Below, piece by piece: positions 1-12,960 of a stretch of DNA of 64,000 nt. Source of the DNA: Phoronis australis. Lineage: Eukaryota; Animalia; Phoronida. Each line of letters starts with the position of its first letter. Within the stretch, counting starts at the first letter, position 1. The notes under the pieces were generated by a model. It ran no database searches. It was not told the DNA's origin and saw nothing but the letters and a program-made list of their open reading frames with translations. The stretch spans positions 62,518 through 126,517 of the forward strand of contig NMRA01000165.1 of NCBI GenBank assembly GCA_002633005.1, in the 5' to 3' direction. Both the position numbers and the translations under genes were made by a program.

Positions 1-197
1 ACCAGATCCCGTACAATTCCATAATGTTTCTTGCCAATGGAATGCAAGAACATTGCTGCCACTTGCTTCTTCGTGAAATCTGTTTCCCCATTCGCTTGTA
101 GAAACAGTTCAAATCTTTCCAAGTAGCATTCCCACTCCTCGCTACCATCATATTCACTGGAAAACGGGGGCAGGTAACTTTGTGAGCTCGCAGTCAT
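1..197 (-). mobile_element. gag: Gypsy (Mag-like) element 1: gag N-terminus, running off the window edge
   Basis: Manual translation from ATG at 197 gives MTASSQSYLPPFSSEYDGSEEWECYLERFELFLQANGETDFTKKQVAAMFLHSIGKKHYGIVRDL, a typical Mag-type gag start. It directly follows PBS TGGCGACGAG (198-207). Confidence 0.85.
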
Positions 198-208
198 CTC
201 GTCGCCAC

Positions 209-473
209 TGTTGTGTATCTTACTTTGTCAAATAAAGTAGACACTCCATTAACTATGCAGTGAAACGAACAGAATTGAACTGAACACTGAACTGATTTAC
301 TCTACATATCATCACAATATATATACACACAACTACATAACAACATATGATGCGTTACCTATGACACACTTCCTGTACTAGGAATCGCATGACATAATAC
401 CAATTAAACTACTAAACTCATAAACAATAACAACCTACAAACATCCTGTTATTGTGTGACTAAGTACACAACA
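209..473 (-). repeat. 5' LTR of Gypsy element 1 (265 bp)
   Basis: Perfect 9-bp terminal inverted repeat TGTTGTGTA (209-217) / TACACAACA (465-473) with TG...CA ends, one base from the PBS. Confidence 0.8.
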
Positions 474-2296
474 CAGACCAGCTCTCAAATCATCATGAAG
501 AATATCATTGGCCACTGATTCTTCTGACGAACTTTCTCTGCCACTGCGAATTCTGAAGACCTATACTCTGATTCAGTCATGTTTGAATATACCGATGACA
601 GTAGGTCGGAAGCCAGAAGTGAACTCTCGTGAGGGCATTCCACTGTAATCCAAGGTTCAGAATCGGAAGACACTGCCTGGGCATGGCATGCTCTAGAGTA
701 TAGTTCTAGTTATGTGACCTCTTGGGATGTCTGGGATGTCTGAAGAATCTGTCCCCATATTCTGACGAGTCAAAATTTGTGTACAAGCATTGAACTGCTC
801 CACCTCTTGGCATGGAATCTGTGTGTTCTGTGTTGGTGACATTCCGGACTCTTGGAATTTCTGAAGAATCTGAATTTCTTTCTTCATTGGCATTGGATTG
901 GCGTTACTTGATCTGTCAATATTTGGAAGTGGGATGTTGAATGTTCTGGCATTTATGATAGCATTCAGTGCTGAGTCTACCAACATATGCCCCCTCACTG
1001 CTCTATCCACATTTTTTTCCATTTAACATAAGGATCACACTGTTTGATGCATTCACCCTCTCAAGAACTTCTTGAAGCCCTGTGCCTGACATTATGTATC
1101 CAATACATCCCAGAAAGCTCATCTCAGTATGAAATCTTCCAAGCCTGGCTAAGAACAAGTGACTGCAGATCACTGTCATTTTGTTTGCTGGCACTAATTT
1201 CCTCTAAAATCAGTTACACATGTTCATAAACAGCATGCATATTAAACAAATTGTGAGTCCTAACTATTAAAATTTAATTAATAACTTTTTGTTGCACAAT
1301 CCTATTTGCTTTTCATAAAATTCAGGTGAAATCAGCAGCCAAATTCTCAATACATGCCAGTAGCAGACGAAATCGATGCTTGGGAACAACTAATAATATC
1401 TCCAATAGCAGAGAAAAAAGTCACTTCCTGCCCAAATTTATTAAGGGTTTGTGTAATTAATAAGCCAATAACTCCACCAGAATAACATACTTTTTAACAA
1501 ATATTATTTTTGATACCTCAAATGAATATATTTTACAGAAAAATAATTGAGTTTGTGATATTTATTATGAAAATTTAACTAAAGCTTTTTCTGAAAAACA
1601 CACCAACTTTTATGTTATATAACTTAAAATGTGATTAAAATTCCACATTTAGTGTCTAAATATTTAGAATAAATTACAGAAACAATCAACTCATTAACCC
1701 TGACTGTAGATTGTAAAATGTTTTTGTGTAAATGCGTATCAGGTTACAAACAAAGTTTGCAGAACGTAAACGCGGTAAATTGGAGTTTGTGAATGGGCAG
1801 CCATTTTGGCGGCCATTTTGTCAGCCATCTTGATTTTTTTCTTGCAAACCAGTGACCAATTGTAAGGTCCAGATATTTTAACTTGTCTAACTTACAAAAG
1901 AATAAAACTTGCCATTTTCTGGGCAAAATATAAAAAGAAATCTTGCAACATGTACCAAATTGCCGTTTCTGCCGCCATTTTGTCGGCCATATTGGTTTTA
2001 TTTTACGGAAAATTGGCATCTTTTGATTGGTATGCCTGTTATGAAAAGTAAATAATCAATGACAAACTGTTTTGTTTTATTTTAGCTGTTACATAAGAGT
2101 AACATGCCAGAAAACAGTAAACACCGGTTTTGTCGGCCATTTTTTCCGCCATCTTGAAAAACCAACTTCCGCCACTCCGACTACGGTAGATTTTTTTTCT
2201 GACACTAAGGGATGTTTGAAGATGCCATTTATGCAAAAAAAAATGTTACAATTTTTTCTAGGTTGGGCCCTCTGGATCCCTAGAATGACTGGACTA
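474..2296 (-). mobile_element. Academ-like DNA transposon remnant (terminus plus transposase fragments)
   Basis: Minus-strand terminus TAGTCCAGTCA at 2296 and many GCCATYTTG motifs subterminally. ORF fragments LARLGRFHTEMSFLGCIGYIMSGTGLQEVLE (1003-1194) and RAVRGHMLVDSAL (693-1022) match the LGxFH-type transposase I associate with Academ. Confidence 0.65.
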
Positions 2297-4935
2297 AAAT
2301 AAGCGTGTTAAGTTCAAGGTTTATCGGAAGCCCACTCACACGGAATACTATCTACCGTTGGATTCCAACCACACTTTGATACACGAACTGGGCGTGATTA
2401 GTGTTCCGTAGTTGTATGGCTTCTTGTTTAGTATTTTGTGTGTTTGAATAAACCTGCCAGATGGCGCTCAACAACAAAGCATGGTGGCAGCGGCGTGATA
2501 AAATTTGCGGCGAAAAATCTGCAAATTGTGTTTGTCAAACTGATAAACGGTGGGTGAAAACAAGTCACAGTGGCAAAAATTAGTCCCCCAGACGCTTTCC
2601 CCTTTGACAAACCCTCGCTGTGGCCTGAGTGGCGTAAACGTTTCATGCGATATCGACTCACATCCAAACTGAACAAAGACGACGGGGAAGTCCAAGTAGC
2701 AATACTTATTTACAGCATGGGCACCGATGTTGAAAATGTTTTCGAAACGTTTGGCCTGGGTGATCCCGATGCTAAGAAATTTGACATTGTCATAGAAATA
2801 TTTGATGCCACATTCATCCCAAAAAGAAACATTATACACGAACGAGCCATATTCAACCAGAGAGTCCAACATGCCGATGAAAATGTTGAGTAATTTTTAC
2901 GAGCGCTGTATGAACAGGCCGACCACTGCGACTTCCAAGACAGGGACGAGATGATACGCGACCGGCTTGTCATAGGTATACGCGATCGAGATCTGTCAAA
3001 AGAGTTACAACTGAAATCAGGGCTTACACTCGAACAAGCTATCTTGTCCGCTAGACAGGCCGAGCAGGTCAATTCCCAAATGCGGCAGTTGTCGCTTGCA
3101 ACTGGCCCAGATAAGGCCATATGTGCCGTCAGAGGTCGTAGACGAGGTCAGCATCACGTTCCTCGTGGTAGAGGGCAAAAGTACGCCTGTAAACGCGCGA
3201 CAGCGGCAAGCAACAGAATTGTGGTCAATGCGGTTACAGTAAACACAAACCCGGTGAAACATGCCCTGCGACTGACCAGCTATGCAACAGATGTTATCGA
3301 AAAGGGCATTTTAAATCGCAGTGCAGGTCAAAGACAGTGAAAAAAGTGAGTCAAATGTATACTTCCGTGGTAGTTGTACAGTTGTAGATGACAACGAGGA
3401 CACTTCTGACAATTGGATGAATCTGACAATCCACGGCAAGTCAGTCGAGTTCAAGATCGATACCGGAGCCGATATTTCGATCATGCCAGAGTCCGTCTAT
3501 GAGACACTCAAACCCCGACCCGCTTTAGAGCAGACAAAAACTGCCTTGTTCACTCCTAGCGGTAGACTTAAGACGTCAGGTTCTTTTCTCGCGTCAGTAA
3601 CAAATGATGAGAATAAATAGGGCCTACAAGTTCCGCGTCTTTGTTGTATCCGGAACAAAGAGTTTTCTGTTGAGCCGTAATGTTTCCACGAAACTTCGAC
3701 TTGTTCGACGCGTGGGTGGACTTAACGAGTCTGTCTGCTACAACAGGACTACTGAAGTGTGACCCGATCACGATACACTTGAAAGAAAATCAGTGCAGAA
3801 CCGTACAGTTTGAACGCTGCGAGGCGAATACCCATACCACTGTTGCCGAAAGTTAAGGCTGAAATCCAGCGAATGGTTGCAGGTGACATAATCGAACCAG
3901 TAACTCAGCCTACTCCGTGGTGTGCGCCGATCGTTCCTGTTGCTAAGAAGGATGGAAGTGTCCGTATATGCGCAGAAATTGAATCTTGCAGTGCAACGTG
4001 AACATTATGTTCTACCTATTTTGGATGATGTAATTCACAAGCTTTCGGGTGCCACTGTATTTACTACACTTGATGCTTCTAGTGGGTATAGGGCTGTTCC
4101 ACTGCATGAGGAGAGTCGTCTTCTCACTACGTTTATCACACCGATGCGGCGTTTTTCTTTTAAACGTTTACCGTTTGGAATTAGCTGTGCTAGCGAGATA
4201 TTCCAGAGAATTATGAATGAGTTACTTGAGGGTACTCAAGCAATCGTTTGGCAAGACGACATTTTGATATATGGCAAGACCGTGAGTGAGCGCGACGCAA
4301 TGCTAGAAACCGTCATGAAGTGAATTGAAGAGTCCGGACTGAAACTAAACCGAGCCAAGTGTTTGTTTCGTCAGAGTCAGTTGAGATACGTCGGGCATAA
4401 ATTTGATGCTTCAGGAATGAGTCCCGATGAGACAAAAGTACGTGCAATCATGGATCTTGGGCCGCCTACAAACGTGACGGAATTTTGCAGAGTTCTAGGC
4501 ATGATGAAGTATCTTGGAAGGTATTTGCCAAATCTCGCAACTGTAATGGCACCTATGAACGAAATGCTTTGTAAAGACATTGAGTTCCGTTGGGGAGTTG
4601 CCCAAGAAAAATCGTTCAAAGAAGATAAAGAACTCATTTGCAGTAGCCCAGTACTGGCATATTATGACGTAACCTTATCCACTGTTGTGAGTTGTGATGC
4701 TAGTAGCTATGGCATCGGCGATGTTATCATGCAACAGAGTGGAGACGAGTTACGGCCTATTGCTTTCTGTTGGAGAACATTAACGCCAGCTGAAAGAAAC
4801 TCTGCCCAAATCGAAAAAAGTGTTTGGCAGCCACATGGGTTTGCGAAAAATACCTTTGATATTTACAGGGACTGGAGTCATTCTGTCTAATAACCTACCA
4901 TAAACCGCTTGTCCCTCGTTGAATAAGCGTGACAT
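2297..4935 (+). mobile_element. Gypsy (Mag-like) element 2: partial LTR, PBS and degenerate gag-PR-RT-RNaseH, 3'-truncated
   Basis: LTR ends ...CA at 2481 (AATAAA at ~2447), followed by PBS TGGTGGCAGCGG. Gag WPEWRKRF / IRDRLVIGIRD (2570-3340), protease KIDTGADIS (3321-3620), RT LPFGIS...WQDD (3922-4323) and RNase H CDASSYGIG (4363-4890), with multiple stops and frameshifts. Confidence 0.92.
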
Positions 4936-4949
4936 TGATTGTGTATATG

Positions 4950-5916
4950 GGGTGCATCGTTCCCGCTTGTCCGAACTATGAAGCTGCGAAGAAAGCGGAT
5001 ATATCGTTTTTTTCGACTTCCTCGAGAGCCCAAAATGCTAAGGAAGTGGCTCGCGGTAGTGAAGAATGAAAGGTACGCTGTTAATAGCAAATATGAGGCC
5101 GTGAATCATCTCCGTGTCTGTGGACGGCATTTCTTAGACAGTGATTTATCTCACAAATTCCGGCTTACCAAAGAAATATCTATACGTTCCGTTGCCTGTG
5201 CATGTTCACAGCGCCTCTCTAGCATTTCTTGATCAGTGTATTCTGGTTCGAACTGATAGCCTGTGAAACGTAGCGATCCGACTCGTGAAGTCTTCGTCGG
5301 ATGAGCTCTTGACTAAGTCAGGGTGCCGGGCGAGTTGCCATGTAGACGTTTATTTTCTGCGTTCTGTTTCAAAATGAATTATTCTCATCCTAACCAATCA
5401 TGTTTATATAAAACTGAAACAAAGTCTGTCTTATTAGATACAACTTGTAATGCCTTTGCAGTATTCGTGAGTGCAAATGTTGAGAAGCCAGCAATGAATA
5501 AACCACTGCGTGACCGGCTTTTGATGCCGGCAATAGAGGTAATTGACCGGGCACCGAGACCGTGTGAGCGCATGCTAATTCAGTGTTTGATGACAGAAAG
5601 CTGTTGTGAAACAATTACTCGATTTTATATGCTGTGGTCACATGTTAGTGGAATCTTTATTTAGAAATACAAATAAATTATTCAAATCATTGTTACTGTA
5701 CAACTTTTGCCCTGACGGTCTGTGGAAGGGGAACTTGACTTCGTGGCCCCCGAAAAAAAAAGTACATTTTCATTTTCGTGGCTAATTCACATAAATAATT
5801 ACGCGCACATGATTTCTTTGGCTCACTATTACAGTCTTTTTGTGACTGGAGGTTTAGTTTCCAACTCAAGCAGGTTTATGTTCGTGCCACTCCCGGCGGC
5901 CACGGCGGGCCTGATC
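4950..5916 (+). mobile_element. Kolobok-type non-autonomous element, family A, left/internal part
   Basis: Aligns by eye with the complete copy at 58441-60033. THAP remnant RLPREPKMLRKW...RVCGRHF on +; convergent GYQFEPEY exon on -. Confidence 0.8.
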
Positions 5917-6762
5917 AATGTTTTGCTAATTCATCATTTCCTTTTACCCTTTCCACGACAGAGTCCCGTTTGACACTGTTAGTAATCCTGTGTAACTTAG
6001 TTTGAGGTTCACGTCCAAACAACAATCTATTTGGTGATACTCCAGTCGAGTTACGCGGCGTAGCACGATATTTTCTCAAAAATGTGTACAGTTCCTGCTT
6101 CCAGTTTTTACCTTCCGTAACTGCAGCTCTCAGACATTTCATCAGCGGTTTATTGAAGGATTCTGCTTGCGCGTTTGCTCTGGGCCAATGCGGTGTTATT
6201 TTACGATGTTTAAATCCACTGTACTCTGCAAACTGTCTGAATGCATACCAATTAAATGGATTTCCATTATCCGATTTTACAACTTTCGGATATCCAAACA
6301 CAGAGAACATCTTATCAAGCACTGGAATCACTGTATTAGCAGATGTAAATTTCACAATTTCCACGACTGGGTAACGTGAATGTTCATCAATTACCACAAA
6401 TAAATAATCTCCTGACGGCACTGGTCCACAAAAATCCACACTTAGATTTTCCCAGGGATTATCAGGCATAGAGCTCATAGACAGTGGCTCTAAAACTCGT
6501 TTTTCTGGGTTCACAACTTGACAAGCTTAACAGTTCCGTATTTTGTTTTCAATCATGTTATCCATACCAGGGAATCATATGGATGATCTTAAGAATGCCT
6601 TTGTTCTCTGCATTCCTTGATGACCTTCATGCGCAATTTCAGTAGTCGATTAACGCAATGATGAAGGCATAACTATTTGATTGCCTCTCATCCGTAGACC
6701 ATCATTTGCACTTGTTAATTCATCTTGTGTGTTCTTAAAATCTGTCAGTTCGTCCACATTAA

Positions 6763-8225
6763 AGGCGAAGGCAACATTTTTCCATGTCATTTTGAGCTAA
6801 AATAAGGTTGTTTGGTTATCCTAGACATATTTTCCACTTAATTACAGCTTTTCGTAATTTTATAGATTACTCGTCCGCTATTCCGGAAGTGACGTTTTAG
6901 GAGGCAAGCATTTCGCGCCAATTTCTTTTCATATAGTCTGACTGTGAGAGCTGCCTAGTCAGTCATTTTTCTACCTCGGTTGTGTTAAGTTCCGTCGTCG
7001 TTTGCTTTCATTTACTTGTCAGTCAACATGCCACACTGTTGCTGCGTACCAGGATGTACTAATTATCGGCTCACGCGCGCTTTGGGAGTACCTTTGCATC
7101 GCTTTCCGATGGATGACACACTTCGCCGTACTTGGCTCGTTTGTGTGAAGAAGGAAGCGTTACCCGTCCACGCAACGTACAAAGCATTGGAGAATTAACG
7201 TGTGTGTTGCAAGCACTTTCTGCCGTCCAATTACGAAAGGGATTTGTACGCTGAACTGATGAAGGTCCCTGCGAAACAACGTCTGAAGAAGGTTGCCATT
7301 CCGTCTGTGTTGATTCCCTGCAGTGCCCCGTCGCCACCCCCGAGAAGTGCGTATTTGAAGCGAGAAGACTCGCGAGCTGTGGCCAGTACAGTGACTGGAG
7401 CCAGTGGAGGCACTTCATCTACTGTCACCCGTGCCTCCGAACGTACCCCAGAGCGTGCAATTCCTGGAACCAGTAGTGATTCGCCCTGTGCTGTTTTCTC
7501 CAGCCCAGAGCCCTGAAGTGATATTGAGTAGTGGGGGTGATTACAGGCTCAGATCGACACCCAGTGAAGAGGACAGTTCGTCGTCCAGTGAACAGATCGG
7601 TGAGCCAAACTTTGATAAGTTTATTGTGGACTTGTCTAAAGTGTTGGAGCTATTTAGAAGGTGCCAGGTGTGTGGCGAGGGAGTCACACGACACGGTGTA
7701 AGCAGTTTGGGTGCTCAGGTCACCATCCAGTGGGAGTGTGTCGCGGGACACTCTGGCAAGTGGGACAGTTGTTCCTCTGTCCGTGGTATGCCGGAGATCC
7801 ACTTAACCATGTCCAGTTGTGGCTTGGCCTCGTCGAACTCTGAACAGCACAAGCATTCCATTGAGGTAGGCATAACAACGCACACAGTGCATTTGCACCA
7901 AGATGTGTCACCCCGTCTGTCCTCAGTAGCAGCCTCGTTTCTCTCAACAGCTGCCTGTGCCTGTGCGTACTCTGCCTCGTTATACTCGGGCTCAAACATG
8001 TACCCACCCACTGAATGTCCGTGAAAAAATTCCTCGTCACCTCTGCTGTGAACAAGGTCTCACTCACACTACTGTCAGTGTGATACGGGACACCGACTCC
8101 AGCCATTTTCAGCTTTACAACACACTAAACAATGAATCCCTAAATCCAACGTAGTTGAGTTCTCTACTAACCTATCTTGCCGCAGAATACTCGCCGATGG
8201 AAAGTGGTGGCGACAATTGTTGAAA
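6763..8225 (+). mobile_element. Kolobok transposon family B, internally deleted, right end missing
   Basis: Begins TTAA|AGGCGAAGGCAAC. THAP finger MPHCCCVPGC...HRFP...W...VCCKHF...AIPS (7028-7300) and transposase motif KFIVDLSKVLELFRRCQVC...WECVAGH...WDS. A convergent cysteine-rich ORF occupies 7715-8011. Confidence 0.85.
7805..8011 (-). pseudogene. KolX / P2X7-ballast-like zinc-binding protein N-terminus (truncated)
   Basis: GGYMFEPEY...RRGDTSWCKCTVCVVMPTSMECLCCSE matches the W-C-x-C-x2-C-x2-M-x4-E-C-x-C-C-x-E motif. It is cut at the central deletion of the Kolobok. Confidence 0.75.
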
Positions 8226-8964
8226 AACGCTCTTCGGCGTAATTGATTGGATGAACAGTTCTGGATCACTTGAGACAGAATCTCTTGATCCGCGTTTACA
8301 AAATTACAATTGGCAGCCAACTGTCTCAGTTCAGTAACAAATTCATCTAACGACTGTCCGGGTTGTTGTCTGTACGTCCGAAACTGATAGATGTCCATCT
8401 GAACATTTTTCTTGGGCTCAAAATGAGACAAAAGAACCCGTTTAGTGCCCTCATAGTCCTGCGTTGAGTCCCCCTTGTTGGCCTCATATATGTCGTACGT
8501 TTTGTCGCCAACGTAGTGCAACAGCAGCGCCCGTTTCCTGGCCCCGCTGTCCTCCGTGTCGGCGAGTCCCATGCCGACGAACAAGTTTTCTAACTTTCCA
8601 ATCCATCGTCCGGAACTTCGGGCCAGCGCTAGTGCTGTCCTCACAGTCAAACTGTGGAAAAACCGGCAAACCTCCTGCCTGCATTGTCCACGCTCAATGA
8701 GTGCAATACCTCGTCGCCAGTGTAATATTCTGATATTACGAAGTCAGAATATAAGACTTGCTTTGTCAAATACTTTTTTGAAACTAACTTAATTCACTAC
8801 AAGGTGGTTTATATAGAACAATGACTAAGCAGCATGCAATTCTTACAATCGAAGTGGTAATACCATATATAGAACTTCCTTTACTCAGAATCAATTAAAC
8901 TATAGTCTTGCACTAACTGGTATGCGTGAGTAATATATCTATAATTTTTTTCATCAAAACATTT

Positions 8965-9480
8965 CACCGGGCCACTGGCCGGGATAACAAGCGTTTTGTG
9001 TGTTTAGAAATCAAAAAAAAAAACAAGTCTAAACAACATTACACAGATCTAGGTTCTCCTGTCTGTATTTCACGGAAGAATAATTCGAATTTATCACCGA
9101 ACAGACCCAACCTCCTGCTACGGACCTTGGTAAACTGGCCTGCCGAATTTTGTAGGGTATGATGTGTCCAAATACCAATAAATAAGTAACAACGAAATAA
9201 AACAACACGTTTTTATAAGAGCTCGGTGTATTTTTAAGGGTTTTACATCGATGATTTATTGGTGTTAAACGGTGAATTCAAGCGATAAGCTGACACCAGT
9301 AACCCGTGTTGGGAACTGCTGAACAGTCTGCGTGTGAAACCAATGACGTCATTGGATAATTTCAAAACCTCCGTGTGCCGTCAGGCCTTGTCAGGTAACG
9401 CAACCGAAAGTGTCGTTATCGAGTAGAACTACTCGATCTAAATTGATACAAAATAGGTTGTTTTTGGGTGGCATTCTCCT
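8965..9480 (+). mobile_element. Kolobok family A right end (continuation of 4950-5916)
   Basis: Homologous to ~59540-60033 and ends GTGGCATTCTCCT|TTAA. Confidence 0.85.
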
Positions 9481-10837
9481 TTAATATTATATTAGAAATG
9501 CTATAATATTGTTGGTTTCCTGTGTAAATCACTACAGTGTGTAGTTGAAGTGACGTTAATGACAACATGTTGACTACGTTTTGAGAAAATCACAATATAG
9601 TATGTGTATTATAACTCTCAATGTTTTTAATGTCACATTTAACTCGAGATCATGAACTGATGATGCAGGTGAGCTTAGGACCAATACTACAAAACAGAAG
9701 AGTCAAACACAACGTACATTCAAGCCACACGGTGCCACAAGTCAATCTGTTCATCTCTGTATCGATGTTATCAGTAAAAATCAAGTAAAATCCCACCCGT
9801 TTTTATCAGCACACCAGTTTACACAATTTCTGGCCAATTTTTTTATCCCAGACGTTTATGAGTGAGAATCTTTGAATCATCTCGTGAAGTGTTGCCGCAC
9901 TCCCCTCTGTCACCATGGGCAAGCTCATCATCATTCTTTGACTACACTGGCTATTTGTTTTTTCCTTTTGCTGTCACAATTTTACAAGAAGATTCTACAC
10001 TCGCTTTCATCTCGGTGCTGCAACAATTTGTTTACCCCTGGCTGACAGGTCAAATGGAACAACTCCTGGGTGAGTCTTCAGTTTATAAACCCTTGTTCTC
10101 AGTGGTTTGTTCTAAAAGTTGATGCCTGGCCTGTATTTTTCAAAACCCTGGTCAGGTGTACCTTCACGTCGTGGGTAACATGTTCGTTGAAGCTCGCCAG
10201 TGAACTTGTTTCCTATAATGAGAATAAATTCGTTTGTGAGACTAAACTTGAATTATGCTTGATGTACATGTAGTGCTCATGGCAATTTAATTGAAATATG
10301 CTATGTTGTTGTTTAGTTTTGATACGAAAGTAACACAATAACCACACAAAATTGCACCACACTTATTTTGTAACCTTTTTCACGTTTTATAAGTAAAAAG
10401 TTCATTACTGTTCGACACACCACAATGCGTTCCCGATCGCATAAAGAAACACAAATTCGCATCTTTCAACAGAAAATCGTCGAAAAATCAGAGATCCTGA
10501 CAAGACTACAAAAAACAGGCGTTGCGTTATATTTTCACACCTCATTTCTTCATAACTCTATGGTCAATTTATTGATTTAGTGCCAAAAATAACGGCAATT
10601 TGCCAAAATGACATTCAAATCACCTTCGGCTTAAGCGATGCCTCGGTCAACGTAACTTTTTTTTCCTATAATTGGGAGAGACACTAGCCTAAACCTCTAC
10701 GTGCCCTTCCTAAATGTGTTACGCCAAGTCATGTCTCTGTTTTCACTTTGGAAGTAAAAAAAAACAAATTTACTCACCTTGCCTGGCTTCTCTTCTCGCG
10801 CCAAATTTCGTTCTCGATCGCCTTGGTTGGCGGGTTG

Positions 10838-11398
10838 AAATATCGTTTTTGTGGAAATTATGCGTCTTATTTTTCATAGCGTGTAAATGTCGCTGCAATG
10901 CCCTTTGCTGAACATGCCATTGTTGCGCGTGCTCCTTTAAGTATTCTACTTTCATGTTCGATGACGTCAGCCGCTGAGTGGTGTAGTGGTAAAGTCGGCA
11001 ACTCGAAACTCTTGAGGCCCTGGTTCGAATCCGGCCTCGGTTTCCCGCGAAATTGTTATCTCACTAGGTTATTACACGGTTGTATCTGCCATTCGAGACT
11101 AATATCGTGGTATAAAATAGTTTATACCACAATATTAGCGTCAAATGGCAGATAAAACCGTGTAATAACACATAACGTTATCTCACTAGTGAGATAACGA
11201 TTTGGCTGGAAACCGAGGACGGAGTCGAACCCGATCGCCGACTTTAACCACTACACCACGCACAGACTGACGTCATCAAGAGTGAAAATAGAATACTTAT
11301 ATGAGCACGCGCAATAATCGCACGTTCAACAAACCGCATTGTACTGTACTGTACGCTGCGAAAAATAAGACACATAATTTCCACAAAAAATTATATCT
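10838..11398. repeat. Long imperfect palindrome formed by two end-to-end copies of a non-autonomous element
   Basis: Arms ~10838-11115 and ~11121-11398 are reverse complements around GTGGTATAAAATAGTTTATACCAC. Each arm carries tRNA-like A/B boxes. Confidence 0.85.
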
Positions 11399-12127
11399 TA
11401 ATTCAGTGAAAATTTTCTCTCATGTCCTCTTACTTGTAAATTACCGATCTCCAGTTTGAATGCGGGTATCGTGTCGTCAGGATCATTGACTTGATAATTA
11501 TATTCAGTTACCAGTGGTAACCTACTTTAGCAGACGATAATTTCCCGGTCGAAGCTTAGCGTGTAAAAAACGTGTTCTAAGTTATAATAGTTGCTTAACC
11601 TTAATTTAGAGATTCACTTCATTTCTATTTTGTTTTAATTTCCAATTGGTTTTGAGTATAAGCATTCTTTGACAAAAATAGCTCGGCTTTTCTTAAAAGG
11701 TCACGACCTCCGACCCCGGACCTCTTGACGCCCCTCGGGCGATAATTCTCCAAAATCCACTCGGGCTCTAGATAACGGGGGATAACGACTTCGCCATGTA
11801 ATAATCTATATATATCTCCATTAAATAAAAGGCGAAAAGGTGTTTTTTCAGAAACGTAAAAAGCCTGTGATGTAAAATTTACATACGTTTTCTAAGACTT
11901 TTTAAAATCGGACGATGTGGGAAATATCGCAACATAGAAGAAGAGGTCGATGGATGTCAGGAAGCCAGTGCAAGCTTTTACGCACTTCGAGCAATTGTGA
12001 GTGACTGAATATTTTACATGTAAATCAGTAAGATCGCGCAATACTCGTGATGCGTTCCTATCAAGAAAGACTAACTCGGAAATGACAACGCAGTCTTCTG
12101 ATCATGCACCCACGACACTAACCATTC

Positions 12128-12819
12128 TTTATACCACATTATTAGCGTCAAATGGCAAATACAACCGTGTAATAACCCATAAAGTGAGATAACGATTTGG
12201 CGGGAAACCGAGGACGGGGTCGAACCCGGGACTCTGAAATTGCTGGCCGACATTACCTCTACACCACGCAGCGACTGACGTCATCAAGAGTGAAAATACA
12301 ATACTTAAATGACCACGCGCAATAATCCCATGTTCAACAAACGGCATTGTACTGTACTTATACGCTATGAAAAATAAGATACATAATTTCCATAAAAATG
12401 ATATCTTAATTCAGTGAAATTTTTCTCTCATGTCCTCTTACTTGTAAATCACTGATCTCTAGTTTGAATGCGGGTATCGTGTCGTCAGGATCTTTGACTT
12501 GAGAATTATATTTAGTTACCAGTGGTAAACTACTTTAGCAGACGATAATTTCCCGGTCGAAGCTTAGCGTGAAAAAACGTGTTTTAAGTTATAATAGTTG
12601 GTAAACCTTAATTTATAAATTCAATTTATTTCTATAATATTTAAGTTTTCAATTGGTTTTGAGTAAAAGCATTATTTGACAAAAATAGCCGGGCTTTTCT
12701 CAAAAGGTCACGACCTCCGACCCCCGGCCTCTGACATAGAAAGTAGTTACAAAGCCGTGGAGAGTCAGAAAAGGTAAATCGATTCATTGCAATGTTTCTC
12801 GTTTAGTATGTGGTATAAA
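12128..12819. mobile_element. Non-autonomous Crypton-like element with 12-bp TIR; direct repeat of 11121-11727
   Basis: TTTATACCACAT...ATGTGGTATAAA termini. About 600 bp are near-identical to 11121-11727. Confidence 0.6.
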
Positions 12820-12960
12820 TAGAGTATTACATGTTATCAGCCGTTATCCCCCGTTATCTAGAGCCCGAGTGGATTTTGGAGAATTATCGCCCGAGGGGCG
12901 TTAGCCCTGAGGGTGATAATTCTCCAAAATCCACGACTTCGCTATGTAATAATCTATATT
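12819..12960. mobile_element. Short palindromic CryptonV-like element (partial second copy at ~11727-11812)
   Basis: ATAGAGTATTACAT...ATGTAATAATCTAT ends and a central hairpin GGAGAATTATCGCCCGAGGGGCGTTAGCCCTGAGGGTGATAATTCTCC. Confidence 0.55.

Larger units (their letters stand above)
5917..8960 (-). mobile_element. Gypsy (Mag-like) element 3 remnant: integrase, gag N-terminus, PBS and partial 5' LTR
   Basis: Integrase PWENLSVDFCGP...SDNG...AESFN (5915-6514) with zinc-finger region up to ~6760. Gag KRALLLHYVG...FVTELRQLAANC (8226-8690), PBS TGGCGACGAGG (8709-8719), LTR from 8721. Confidence 0.9.

Noticed and set aside
9660-10270. Possible exon or transposase remnant
   Set aside because: The minus-strand frame I translated gave stops and no recognisable motif, and the plus-strand ORFs are uninformative.
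10970-11045. tRNA gene
   Set aside because: A and B boxes are present, but the anticodon arm is degenerate and differs among the three repeat copies. It is a tRNA-like part of a repeat.
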